A DNA stretch of 48,562 nt from Malacoraja senta. Lineage: Eukaryota. Each line of letters opens with the position of its first letter. Positions within the stretch are counted from its first letter, which is position 1. Positions 11,150-21,216 of this stretch are shown here, in pieces. Below the pieces are notes generated by a model, which ran no database searches, was not told where the DNA came from, and saw nothing but the letters and a program-made list of their open reading frames with translations. The position numbers were made by a program, and so were the translations under genes. The DNA lies in contig JAXLNO010000295.1 of assembly GCA_038087875.1 (NCBI GenBank), positions 1 to 48,562 of the forward strand. The letters run 5' to 3'.

Positions 11150-11330
11150 CCCATTCAAGGTATTTTTAAGGTTGAGAGTGACAGATACTTGATGGGTAGG
11201 GCTATCAAGAGTTATGGGGTGAAGGCAGGAGAATGGTGTTGAGAGGGAAGGAAAGGTCAGCCATGATTGAATGGCGCAGTTGACTCGATGGGCTGAATGG
11301 TCTAATCCTGCTCCTTGAACCTATGAATAA
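11150..11330 (+). mobile_element. CR1 LINE 3' end fragment
   Basis: gaaggcaggagaatgg...tcagccatgattgaatggcg...gaatggtctaatcctgctcc matches other CR1 tails here. Confidence 0.8.
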
Positions 11331-11359
11331 TGTCTCTGAACATCAGAGGTTCCTGAGGA

Positions 11360-11700
11360 AAAAGACAGTGCTGGAGTAACTCAGTGGGCGGGTGGCATCC
11401 CTGGAGAGCATGGATAGGTGGCGTTTCGGGTCTGGACCCTTTTTCAGACTGATTGCAGGTGTCGGAGGGAGGAAGCCAGAAGAATGGCGGGGCAGGACGA
11501 AGCATGGTAGGTCATAGGTGAACACAGGTGAGGCAGGTTAGTGATGGGCAGATGGTTGGACAAAGGCCAGAGATGAACACGTACAAGGAGTGAAATAAAA
11601 GGATTAGTGAGTTGCGAATTGTGAAGCTAGAGGATTGACGGGGTTTGAGTTGTGTAGGAATGAAGGGGGAGGGGAGAGATGGGTGCAAGATCGGCTCAGT
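11360..11700 (-). mobile_element. Penelope-type repeat fragment
   Basis: gtgctggagtaactcag...gtttcgggtctggacccttttcagact followed by purine-rich body typical of the same family at 16260-16580 and 29460-29550. Confidence 0.6.
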
Positions 11701-11769
11701 GGAGGGGAGGTTTATAGGGGAGGGGATGCATGGGACGGGGTTAATGGGCAGGGGTCCAGCAGAAATACT

Positions 11770-12000
11770 GTCTGAATCTTGCTATAGTCAGGCGGTGGTG
11801 AATCTGTGCAATTCATTGCCACAGCAGGGTGTGAGGTCCAACTCAAAGGATATTTTGAAGGCAGATGTAGATCGATTCTTGTTTAGACAGGTGACGGAGG
11901 TTATGGAGGTGAGGTTAGGAGGGAGAGTTAGATCAGCCATGATTGAACGGTGGAGTACACATGATGGGCAGAATGACCTAATTCTGCTCCTATCCCTTAT
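11770..12000 (+). mobile_element. Old CR1 LINE 3' fragment
   Basis: gtggtgaatctgtg..aattcattgccacag...gatcagccatgattgaa matches CR1 tails. Confidence 0.75.
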
Positions 12001-12333
12001 GCACACATACCTTGTAGCCTGATTCATGGGTACAGAAGATTAATAAGAATGGGGCACCACAGGTCAGTATATGTGGGCAGTGACCCAGATCCAGCAACAT
12101 TCAGCCAAACATTGTCCTGGTCCATCTACAATGGAGATAATGTTAGAATTGCTTATAAATAGCAACTTTGGAATAACATTGTATTTGATCGTTTTTTGTC
12201 AAGTTAATGCCAGGATCAGATCCCATTTCTTTTCAGTAGATAATGCGTGTGTAAACATATCATTTAATTTAGCAATCCGATAGTTTTCATATTTCATGAA
12301 GCTTTTTGCTCAAGTGCTTGCATCTTCCTCCAG

Positions 12334-12543
12334 CATCGTTTCCAAGCACAGAACCCTTTGTCTGGGGTGCAGAAGTTTGTAATGAAGAATCCCCAAGAGG
12401 AGGATGATGTGAAGTTTTGCACTCACACCATGGTGCTTCCCACAAGAGGGCAATTAGAAGGCCGGATGTTCGTAACAGCATTTGAATGTGGGTGGGATAA
12501 TGTTTCTGAAGATGCGTCGGTGGCAGTGGTGCAGGCATTGGAG
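12334..12543 (+). pseudogene. TADA1: TADA1 exon 5-like
   Basis: 210-bp exon bounded by cttcctccag| and |gtactg. It encodes [16 protein letters not shown]...[36 protein letters not shown], matching TADA1 HRFQPQNPLSG...[12 protein letters not shown]. Confidence 0.92.
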
Positions 12544-12666
12544 GTACTGCATTAATGTTCAGTTTTATTTCATTACAAACATATTTCGGTTCTTGTTCAC
12601 ATAACCCGAGTTGCATCCTGCTATACTGCAGCATCATCTGTCTCCCATGTACTAGCAGTAAAGCTG

Positions 12667-12970
12667 GGCAGCACAGTGGCACAGCAGTAGAGCTACTGCC
12701 TTACAGCTCCAGAGACCCAGGTTTGATCCTGGCCACAGGTGCTGTCCGTACAGTTTGTACCTTCTCCCCGTGACCATGTGGGGTTTCTCCGGCTGCCCCA
12801 GTTTCCTCCCACACTCCAAAGACGTACATGTTTGTAGGTTACCTTGGCTGCAGTAAATTGTCTGTAGTGTGTCGGATAGTGTTCGTGTATGGGGTGATTG
12901 CTGGTCAACACGGACAAAATGGTGGGCAAAATGGCCTGTTTATGTGTTGTATCTCTAAACTAAACTAAAT
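12667..12970 (+). mobile_element. tRNA-derived SINE (HE1/V-SINE-like)
   Basis: A box tggcacagcag, B box ggtttgatcc and (CTAAA)n tail. Confidence 0.85.
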
Positions 12971-13307
12971 AAATCTACGTTTTCTTCACCTGGGTGCTGG
13001 GAAGACCAAAATTATGACTTTAGTTCGCTGCCGCAGTTTCTTTTAAATTGCCACCAATTCCGTCCTTCACTCTGGTAACCAGACAGTTAACCTGACTGTT
13101 GGGGATGTTGTTACGCTGGTTAAACTGAATTTGTAGGCAGGAACTGAAGGTGCCGGTTAAACTGAACTTGGGCTTTGAACTGTATATCCCTGTCATCATT
13201 GCCGACATTTTTCTCTCCATCACTTGCCTCACTCCATCTCAACTCATCTCATCTGCTATCTCTTTGTAACACTTAGACCTGGTATTCCAAACTGTTTCTG
13301 GATAAAT

Positions 13308-13500
13308 GGAAACAGAAGGAACTGCAGCTGCTGGTTTACAAAACTAGAGACAAGGTGTTGGAGTAAATCAGCGGGTCAGGCAGCTTCTCTGGAGAACAGG
13401 GGGAAGTGACGTTTCGGGTCTGAAGAAAAGTCTCGACCTGAAATGTCACCTATTCATTTTCTCCAGAGATGCTGCCTGTCCCACTGAGTTACTCCAGCAA
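13308..13500. mobile_element. Inverted pair of Penelope-type repeats with hammerhead-like core
   Basis: Arms 13355-13420 and 13435-13500 are imperfect reverse complements. CTGAAGA at 13420 and GAAA at 13440. Confidence 0.65.
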
Positions 13501-13607
13501 TGCTTTGGAATAAACTATGTCTTCTACCCTCTAAGTTAATCTATTATCATCATACTAACTTGTACATGATCCTGATAACACATCAGCTCACTGTCAACCA
13601 ATTTGAT

Positions 13608-13952
13608 TTGAGTTTAGAAGAACGAGGGGCGATCTCATTTAAACATGCAGAATAGTGAAAGGCTTGGATCGAGTGGATGTGGAGAGGATGTTTCCATGAA
13701 TGGGAGAGTCTAGGACAAGAGGTCATAGCCTCAGAATTAAAGGATGTTCTTTTGGTGTGGAAATGAGGGGAAATTTCTTTAGTCAGAGGGTGGTGAATCT
13801 GTGGAATTCTTTGCCACGGAAGGCCGTAGTCGCTAAATCAGTGGATATTTTTAAGGCAGAGATAGATAGATTCTTGATTAGTATTGGTGTCAGAGGTTAT
13901 GGGGAGACGGCAGGAGAATGGGGTTTGGAGGGAAAGATAGATCAGCCATGAT
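13608..13952 (+). mobile_element. CR1 LINE 3' fragment
   Basis: ORF 13700..13951 SRTRGHSLRIKG...[14 protein letters not shown] is the CR1 ORF2 C-terminus. Confidence 0.9.
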
Positions 13953-14292
13953 GAGCCTCAAACCCTGGTTGATCGAGATGACCTGGTGACGATGCCTAAA
14001 CCAGAGCGAGACAATCAACCTATGAGCCGACAACCGGTCCCCAGGGAGCATCAAACCCTGACAACAAGATCTGGTAGATGCGTTCGAAAACCACGCTATC
14101 TGCAGGATTATGTGCCCAAATAAGGATAGGGTCTGTACTTGTAGTTGATTTGAGATTTTAAAGGCTATTAGGTTATGTTTAAATAGTTAATGTTATTGTG
14201 TTCTTTTATAGTTTGATATGCATCGTTTTATTTAGTAGTGGTAATGGCCATTTTAAAACTAAACAAATTAATAAATTAAAAAGGGGAAAGGA
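13950..14292 (+). mobile_element. Gypsy LTR-retrotransposon 3' internal remnant (integrase C-terminus plus polypurine tract)
   Basis: Frame reads ...TLTTRSGRCVRKPRYLQDYVPK* (stop 14121-14123), like the RTRAGRLVKPPDRY terminus of the Gypsy at 21217. PPT-like aaaaaggggaaagg lies near 14278. Confidence 0.65.
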
Positions 14293-14336
14293 ACAAATAA
14301 ATAAATGAAAAGATAAATGAATAAATAAATAAAAAG

Positions 14337-14552
14337 TACACTATCACTATCCTCCACACACCAGGGGAAATTTTTACTGAAACCAATTAACTTACAAATC
14401 TGCATGTCTTTGGAGTGTGGGTGGAAACTGGAACCCATGCAGTCACATGGGGAAGGTACAAACTCCGAACAGACAGCATCCGTAGTCATGATGGAACCCA
14501 GGTCTCTGGTGCTGTGAGGCAGCAACTCTACCGTTGCGCCACTGTGCCACCC
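14337..14552 (-). mobile_element. tRNA-derived SINE (HE1/V-SINE-like), 3' part missing
   Basis: The minus strand begins ggcacagtggcgcaacggtagagttgctgcctcac and is homologous to the other copies. Confidence 0.8.
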
Positions 14553-14672
14553 ATGCAATGTGTAACACTGTGCATTGTGACATTCTTGTACCATAAAGCC
14601 ACTGTATAAAAGTCATTTATTGAAGCTGCCTGGTACACAATTCTCATCTCCAATTTTTTTAACATTTTTCAG

Positions 14673-14764
14673 ATACTGGGCAAACGGGAAACATTGTTTA
14701 AAGCAAAAGACAAGTAAAGAGGAGTTTGATTTGGAAGCCAGGAAGCTCCTTACTCATGATAATG
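14673..14764 (+). pseudogene. TADA1: TADA1 exon 2-like (diverged)
   Basis: 92-bp exon bounded by tttttcag| and |gtaagg. It encodes [30 protein letters not shown] versus TADA1 [30 protein letters not shown]. Confidence 0.9.
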
Positions 14765-14839
14765 GTAAGGCCTATAATTGTTTACTTCCTTTACCCTTGA
14801 TATATATCTGTACACTTTTTAACGGAAAACAATGAGGTG

Positions 14840-15550
14840 ACTTTGTACTCAGCAACTTGTCCTGGACCAGCCACGTCAAAGCAATGGCCAAGAAAGTCCC
14901 CCACCGTCTCTGCTTCCTTAGAAGTCTTAGGAAGTTCGGCATGTCCCCAACAACTCTCACCAACTTCAACAGATGCACCGCAGAAAGCATTTTATCAATG
15001 TATTCCCTCATGCAACCCTCCTTTTGTATTCATTCAAACTGTATCAAGGGTGCATCACAGCATGGTTTGGGAACAGCTCCATCCAAGAGCACAAGAAATT
15101 GTAGCGAGCTGTAGACACAGCTCAGAACATCACACAAACCAACCTCCCTTCCACTGACTCCATGTACACTTCACACTACCTCAGCAACGACACCAGCATA
15201 ATCAAGGTCGAGTCTCACCCCGGTCTCTCCTCCAATCTGGCAAGAGGTACAGAAGTGTGAAAACACACACCTCCAGATTCAGGGACAGTTTCTTCCCAGC
15301 TGTTACCAGGCAACTGAACCATCCCACCACCAACTGGAGAGTGGTCCTGAGCTACTATCTATCTCATTGGAGACCCTCAGACTATCTTTACTTGGACTTT
15401 ACAGGACATTATCTTGCAGTAAATGTTATTTCCTTTATCATGTATCTACACTGGATGACTGGATTGTAATCATATATTGTCTTTCGGCTGACTGGTTAGC
15501 ACGCAACAAAAGCTCTTCACTGTACCTCGGTACACGTGACAATAAACTAA
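14840..15550 (+). mobile_element. Rex1/Babar-like LINE 3' fragment
   Basis: WTSHVKAMAKK..RLCFLRSLRKFGMS..TLTNF.RCTAESIL and HTSRFRDSFFP are present. It ends gtgacaataaactaa. Confidence 0.8.
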
Positions 15551-16259
15551 GCAAGAGTATTTTCCATGTGGCAGGTGCCATCCCAATTTCCCCCCACGGA
15601 TGTTTAAAGTATTATTGTACCGCAATACAGTAACTTAAATCAGCTGGAGTGAACTTGATGAACAACCCACCAGACTGATGAGGTATCTTCTCTCTATGTT
15701 GCATGTGGGGATTCACTGTGAAATGTATTTAGCTAACGTTCAGCTCAACCATCCGAAATGTTTGGATAGTTTAGGTGAACAATGTTGATCGTGAGGCTAG
15801 ATGTAGCAAGGACAGTCTCACTGCAGCCAAATCCCTAAATGATTGGAGACAATAGCTTCAGTGTTAACTTCTTTAATTGAATTAGATTTGTACATGAAAA
15901 TCAAATAATTTTGAGACAGCAGGGAAAAGTGACGAGGTTGCTCATCTTTTTTTTGCATTGACAACCGTTTTGGTCTTGGATCACCACAGACGTGGTTCTA
16001 AACTGTGGTGGATTAAGCTTAAACCGAGCAATATAACACAAAGGATCGAGGGTAAATGATGCAGCCACCGGTTGTAGAGAATCGTTTGCACCGTGACGCG
16101 ACGGCCGTATTTTCCGTTCAGCCAGAGTAAATGCAGAAACTAGGAATTTCGGATCGGTACAAATACCAGAGATGAAAAGAGAAAACAGTGTGATAGAAGG
16201 AGCTAAGAACACAAGACGCGTAAAATAAGATGTCAGAGGAAGCAATATAGGTGGAAAGG

Positions 16260-16580
16260 TGGAGGAACCAACTGCAGATGCTGGTTTACACAGATGTTAA
16301 ACGCAAAATGCTATATCACTCAGCGGGAAAGGCAGTATCTCTGCATGAGATGGGTGACATTTCGGGTCGAAACCATTCTTCAGACTAAAAGTCAGGGTAG
16401 AGGTAGACACAGAGAAAAGGAGTGTAAGGTGTGAGAACGAGACATCAGAGGGGATGAAATAGGAGTAAAATGTAGAATTTTACATTTCGGAGAAGGTGAC
16501 AACAAAGCAAACAGAGATGATGTAATCGGGGACAGTCAGACTGGTCGCCGAACCGGGAAGGGGGAGGGATGGAGAGGGTA
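16260..16580 (-). mobile_element. Penelope-type repeat fragment with hammerhead-like core
   Basis: The minus strand reads agtCTGAAGAatggtttcgacccGAAAtgtcacc at 16353-16386. Confidence 0.6.
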
Positions 16581-16901
16581 CAGGTTTAAAGGAGGTGGGA
16601 GGAAATTAATGCGCGTTCACGTTGCACACGACAAAGAGGGGGGGGGCGTAGACTGTATGGGTTTGTAGATCCTATGGATTTGAAGCATAAAGTATGTGCC
16701 GGATATTAATGATTGAAGAACAAAGAGGTCACCTACGAACTAGTCTTCAATGTCGAGCGCGCGACATAGGAAATATATAGGGGCTAGCAACTTACAGTAC
16801 ATTTGACATTGGTATAATATTTAATTCCACGAAGTGTCCTGCCCAAGATGCCCGCTCTGGGTGGAACCAAATTTATGGAATATCCTGGCACTTACGTAAC
16901 A

Positions 16902-17771
16902 CTAGCAAGTTTGCGGATGACACAAAGCTGGGTGGCAGTGTGAACATTGAAGAGGATGTTAGGAGGTTGCTGGGTGACCTGGACAGGTTGAGTGAGTGGG
17001 CAGATGCGTGGCAGATGCAGTATAATATAGATAAATGTGAGGTTATCCAATTTGGCTGCAAAAACAAGGGGGCAGATTATTATCTCAACGGGGTTATGTT
17101 AGGTAAGGGGTAGGTGAAGCGAGACCTGGGCGTCCTTGTACACCGGTCACTGATGTTGGCGTGCAGGTACAGCAGGCAGTGAAGAACGCTAATGGAATGT
17201 TGGCCTTCATAACAAGAGGATTTCAGTATAGGAGTAAAGAGCTTCTTCTGCAGTTGTATAGGGCTCTGGTGAGACGACGTCTGGAGTATTGTGTTCAGTT
17301 TTGGCGGGACTGTCATATGAGGAAAGATTGAAAAGACTAGGCTTGAATTCACTTGAGTTTAGTAGGATGAGGGGGATCTTATAGAAACATGTAAAATTAT
17401 AAGAGTACTGGACAAGCTAGATGCAGGAAAAATGTACCCAATGTTGGGTGAGTCCAGAACCTGGGGCCACATTCTTAGAATAAAGAGGAGGTCATTTAAG
17501 ACTGAGGGCAGAGAAAACTTTTTCACCCAGAGAGTTGTGAATTTATGGAATTTCCAGCCACAGAGGGCAGTGGAGGCCAAGTCACTGGATGGATTTAAGA
17601 GAGAGTTGGATAGAGCTCTGGGGGCTAGTGGAGTCAAGGGATATGGGGAGAAGGCAGGCACGGGTTATTGATAGGGGACGATCAGCCATGATCACAATGA
17701 ATGGCGGTGCTGCCTCGAAGGGCCGAATGGCCTCCTCCTGCACCTATTTTCTATGTTTCTATGTTTCTATG
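16902..17771 (+). mobile_element. CR1 LINE 3' fragment with (TTCTATGT)n tail
   Basis: Runs from KFADDTKL to [10 protein letters not shown] and ends tttctatgtttctatgtttctatg. Confidence 0.92.
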
Positions 17772-17830
17772 AATAGCGCGGTCATGTGAAAGAATAGATT
17801 GAGGGGCGACATCATTTCCCAACCCCAGTT

Positions 17831-18706
17831 CTAGGCAACTGCCGCGCGGGTAATACGCGGTAAATATGTAAGCGCGTTCTTCACCTCCAGCCTGAACTCC
17901 CTCTGTGTTATCCCGTAGATACACGTGTTGGCGCAGGAGCTGATGTACATGAGCAAGATCCCAACTTCATTGGCGATGTAAGATGGGCTTGAGTGATCCC
18001 CGCCCGCGAAATTCACAGTGACCCGAGTGCAGATGAAGGTTACAGCTGCCGTTGTCCACAGCTGGATGAAGGCGCCGGACACGGTGAACAGTAAAACGAT
18101 GGACTTCCGCCGATTCTCCGTCTTAGTGTCCTTGCGATCAATTGCCTTCAGGCGGCGACGAACTCGGTTGGCCACTATGATGTTCCTGACCGTCAGTCCG
18201 TTGACCAATAGAATAATTAGGAAGGGTAGTAAGAGATGCTACTCATCCACGAACAAAACGACTACCGACTGGAAATGAAGTAGGCGCGTTTGGGTTGGCA
18301 CTCCCATTCCACACTATCCACGGTGAAGCGTGACTCGTACATGAAGTTAAAGGGGATGTATTTTAAGCAGCTCAGTGCGCACAGGGACACAATAACCGCG
18401 ACGACCGTCCTATCCGTGCAATAGGTGAGTCTCAGCTTCGGGCAGCAAATGCTGACAAATCGGTCAAAGGTGAAGGACATGATTAATCAGACGGAAAAGT
18501 CCAGAGAAACTACCCGCATGTATATATTGGAAGGACAAATTGCGGAGATGGAGAGAAAGGGGTGTAGTACAGGTAGATTTTGAATATTAACACGAGAATG
18601 ATGAGAACGAGGAGGTCGGAGATTGCCATCGTCACCATGTACCGGGTGATTCCTTTGGAGGGCCAGCACTTTCCCCGGTTCAGGATCGCTGCTGACAGTA
18701 TGTTTG
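17831..18706 (-). pseudogene. GPR139/GPR142-like class A GPCR pseudogene (main coding exon)
   Basis: The acceptor tttctccag is followed by NILSAAILNRGKC..SKGITRYMVTMAISDLLV, SFTFDRFVSICC, NGLTVRNIIVANRVRRRL, ENRRKSIVLLF and SSCANTCIYG.TQREFR. Lesions: frameshift at about 18560, TGA at 18487-18489 and deletion or frameshift at about 18250. Confidence 0.85.
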
Positions 18707-18859
18707 CTGGAGAAATAATAAATTACAGCGAATTTAATATTTAAACGGACTATCGATGTAACGGAGTTATGGTTACTGTTGGATCTTACCAGTCTTGCGA
18801 TCAACCGGACCTATCAGAAAAAACATTCAGAGGAATAACTTTACAACTATACGTGGAAG

Positions 18860-19297
18860 CCGCATGCGAGGACTCTCCCGACGGCCAGGAACATTGGGCC
18901 TCCGTGGAGGCAACTGTGGTGGCCTCGATGGTCCTGACTCTGGGGAGAACTGGGTTGGGGACTGGACATTGTGCCTTCCCCCACAGTGGTGGTCATTGTG
19001 GGGGGGGTGATTTTGTGTGCTGTGCCTGTTAGTCCGTGTACAAGATGGCGGTCGGAGGGGAGAGTGGACGCTGGCGCGAATTGGTCGCCGCTGCTCTCTC
19101 CTCAAATTGTGTTTCTTATTTTCTTTTGGTGCTCTTGAAATTGTATTCTGTCATTGATTTGTGTACTGTGGTTTTTTTATATTTAATTTATTCCGATTAT
19201 GTGTTTTGTATTTTTTTGTGATTCTATGCATTGTAAGGTGTCCTTGGGTTTTAGAAAGGCGCCAGTAAATAAAATGATTATTATTATTATTATTATG
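18860..19297 (+). mobile_element. Non-autonomous repeat with L2-type 3' tail
   Basis: Ends gtaaggtgtccttgggttttagaaaggcgccagtaaataaa followed by (TTA)n. Body shared with 7100-7407. Confidence 0.6.
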
Positions 19298-20943
19298 GCA
19301 TTCATGCATATTCCAAAAAATCATTCTTAAAAATAGTTGTTGTCTTTCGCAAAACTCCCAAAGCGCTCGAGGATATCTGATTAAAGATCATCAATTTGAA
19401 CTTTCGACTGTTCTTTTTTCACCCTAGAACAAATGAAAACATATACAGAACATCCTGGAAATACGCAGAAAGTAAGCGGGAACCTGCTTAAAGTTCAGGC
19501 GTTTGGTCCAAGAATCATCAGCTGGATTGACGGTGCGTATCCGAGTAAAATGGGTGGGATAGACACAAAAAGCTGGAGTAACTCAGCGAGACATGCAGCA
19601 TCTCCATTCATTCTCTCCGCTGAGTTACTCCAGTATTTTGTGTCTATCTTTGATTTAAACCAGCATCTGCAGTTCCTTCATACACATTTAATTGGTGATG
19701 TCTGACGTGAAACATTGACGTCGTTAGTCTAAGCAAAGATGCTGCTTCAGTTTACCAATATATTCTGATTTGATTTCTGATCTGGAGCATTTGCGCGCTG
19801 ATTCCCCTTTTGGCTTGTAAACGTATCAAAATGTAAAGCAAAGTGAAAACTACGGGATCTGGATATTTGATTTTGGATCAATTAGTGCTGCGGATACATA
19901 GCTATTCGGGATTCATCTACGGGGGGAGACGAGACTCAACGCTTCGATATAAGTCGTTTCACCATGTAGGGTCGGGAACGACATCAGCGAGAACAACTGC
20001 TGGGACAAGCGGCAAGGGAGGTCGAAAATACCGAGCGTGGATGTGATGGAGAGGAAAGGATGAAGATTTATTGTTGGCGGATGAGCAGTCTGGGAGGGAA
20101 GTACTCAGGGGAATTAATATTATCATTCATCTCCCTCTAATACGCCGCTTATGATCGCTTTATCCCCAATCACCCGGTATCAATATCAACTGCGTCCTTC
20201 GGCCTCCCTTCCATCCCTCGCCCCATCCCGTGTCCACATGTTAAACCAGATTCTAATATAATACTGGAGACGAAACGAACGGCAGATGTTGGATGCCTCC
20301 ATGGAACGCGAAGTGCTCTTTTAATTCAACGGGTCAGGCAGCATCCCTGGGAGTCACCGGAAGGAGATTTTTTTTAAGTTCGTCGAACACAGTAGTGGAG
20401 TAACCCAGCGTCCAAAAGGTCAGATAAAATGTTCAGACACAAAACGACGCCTATCCATGTCCTCCAGAGATGCTGCGTGATCCTCTGAGTTACTCCTGCA
20501 CTGATTTCCAACATAATGTTCTTCCTCTCATTACAAACCCCTCTTTAAGCTTATATCCTGAGATTCCTATTTCCTCCTCCAGCGTCGCTGTCCCGAGCTC
20601 ACCATTCACTTTCAATTCTGGACTCTTCATAAACTCAGCTGTTTAATTATTTCAATGATTAAACCGATAATCTGGAAAGTCAAGTTCTAGTTTACCAGCA
20701 CCCATTCCCCCCTTTACAACGATGCTTTAAATTCTCGTCTTGTCTACGCTTTAGTGGTGTGCCCGATGTGTCTTCTAAACTGTTCCCTATCTATCCATTT
20801 ATGTTTGGTGATGCTGCGGCCATGCGTATGAAGATGATTTATCTTTCTTCATAACACTGCGGGTTACTGGTAAGTGCAGGAGATCACGCTAAAGGGCTGC
20901 CAGAGCACTCACGATGAATCAGACCAATAACACATTAAGCGAC

Positions 20944-21147
20944 TGTAAAGAGTGTATAACGAGGCATCGTTACTTTACTATCTTTATTCATACTGGAGCA
21001 TCACACATTGCACTAGCTGTACGTGGTCTGTCACAGGAACTAGAGAGCGATCTGTGGGTGGGGAGGTTGTAGATATACTTGTGATATGGGGAGTGGTTAG
21101 TAGGTATGAGGTCACTATGTTAAAGGCACATGCATATCTCATCTACA
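20944..21147 (-). repeat. 3' LTR (204 bp)
   Basis: Starts tgtaaag and ends tctaca. Bases 21056-21147 are identical to 25502-25593. Confidence 0.93.
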
Positions 21148-21216
21148 TCTTTCCTCTTCGAAACGACAGGCAAATACAATGGTGACATGGCGACCACGGC
21201 TCATGCGCCAGGATAG

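Noticed and set aside
15901..16245. 114-aa minus-strand ORF and neighbouring unique CpG-containing sequence
   Set aside because: No recognisable domain or convincing splice structure in any frame I examined.
18789..18860. Candidate first exon of the GPR139-like gene (minus-strand donor gactg|gtaag)
   Set aside because: The translation does not resemble a TM1 N-terminal half, so it cannot be supported.
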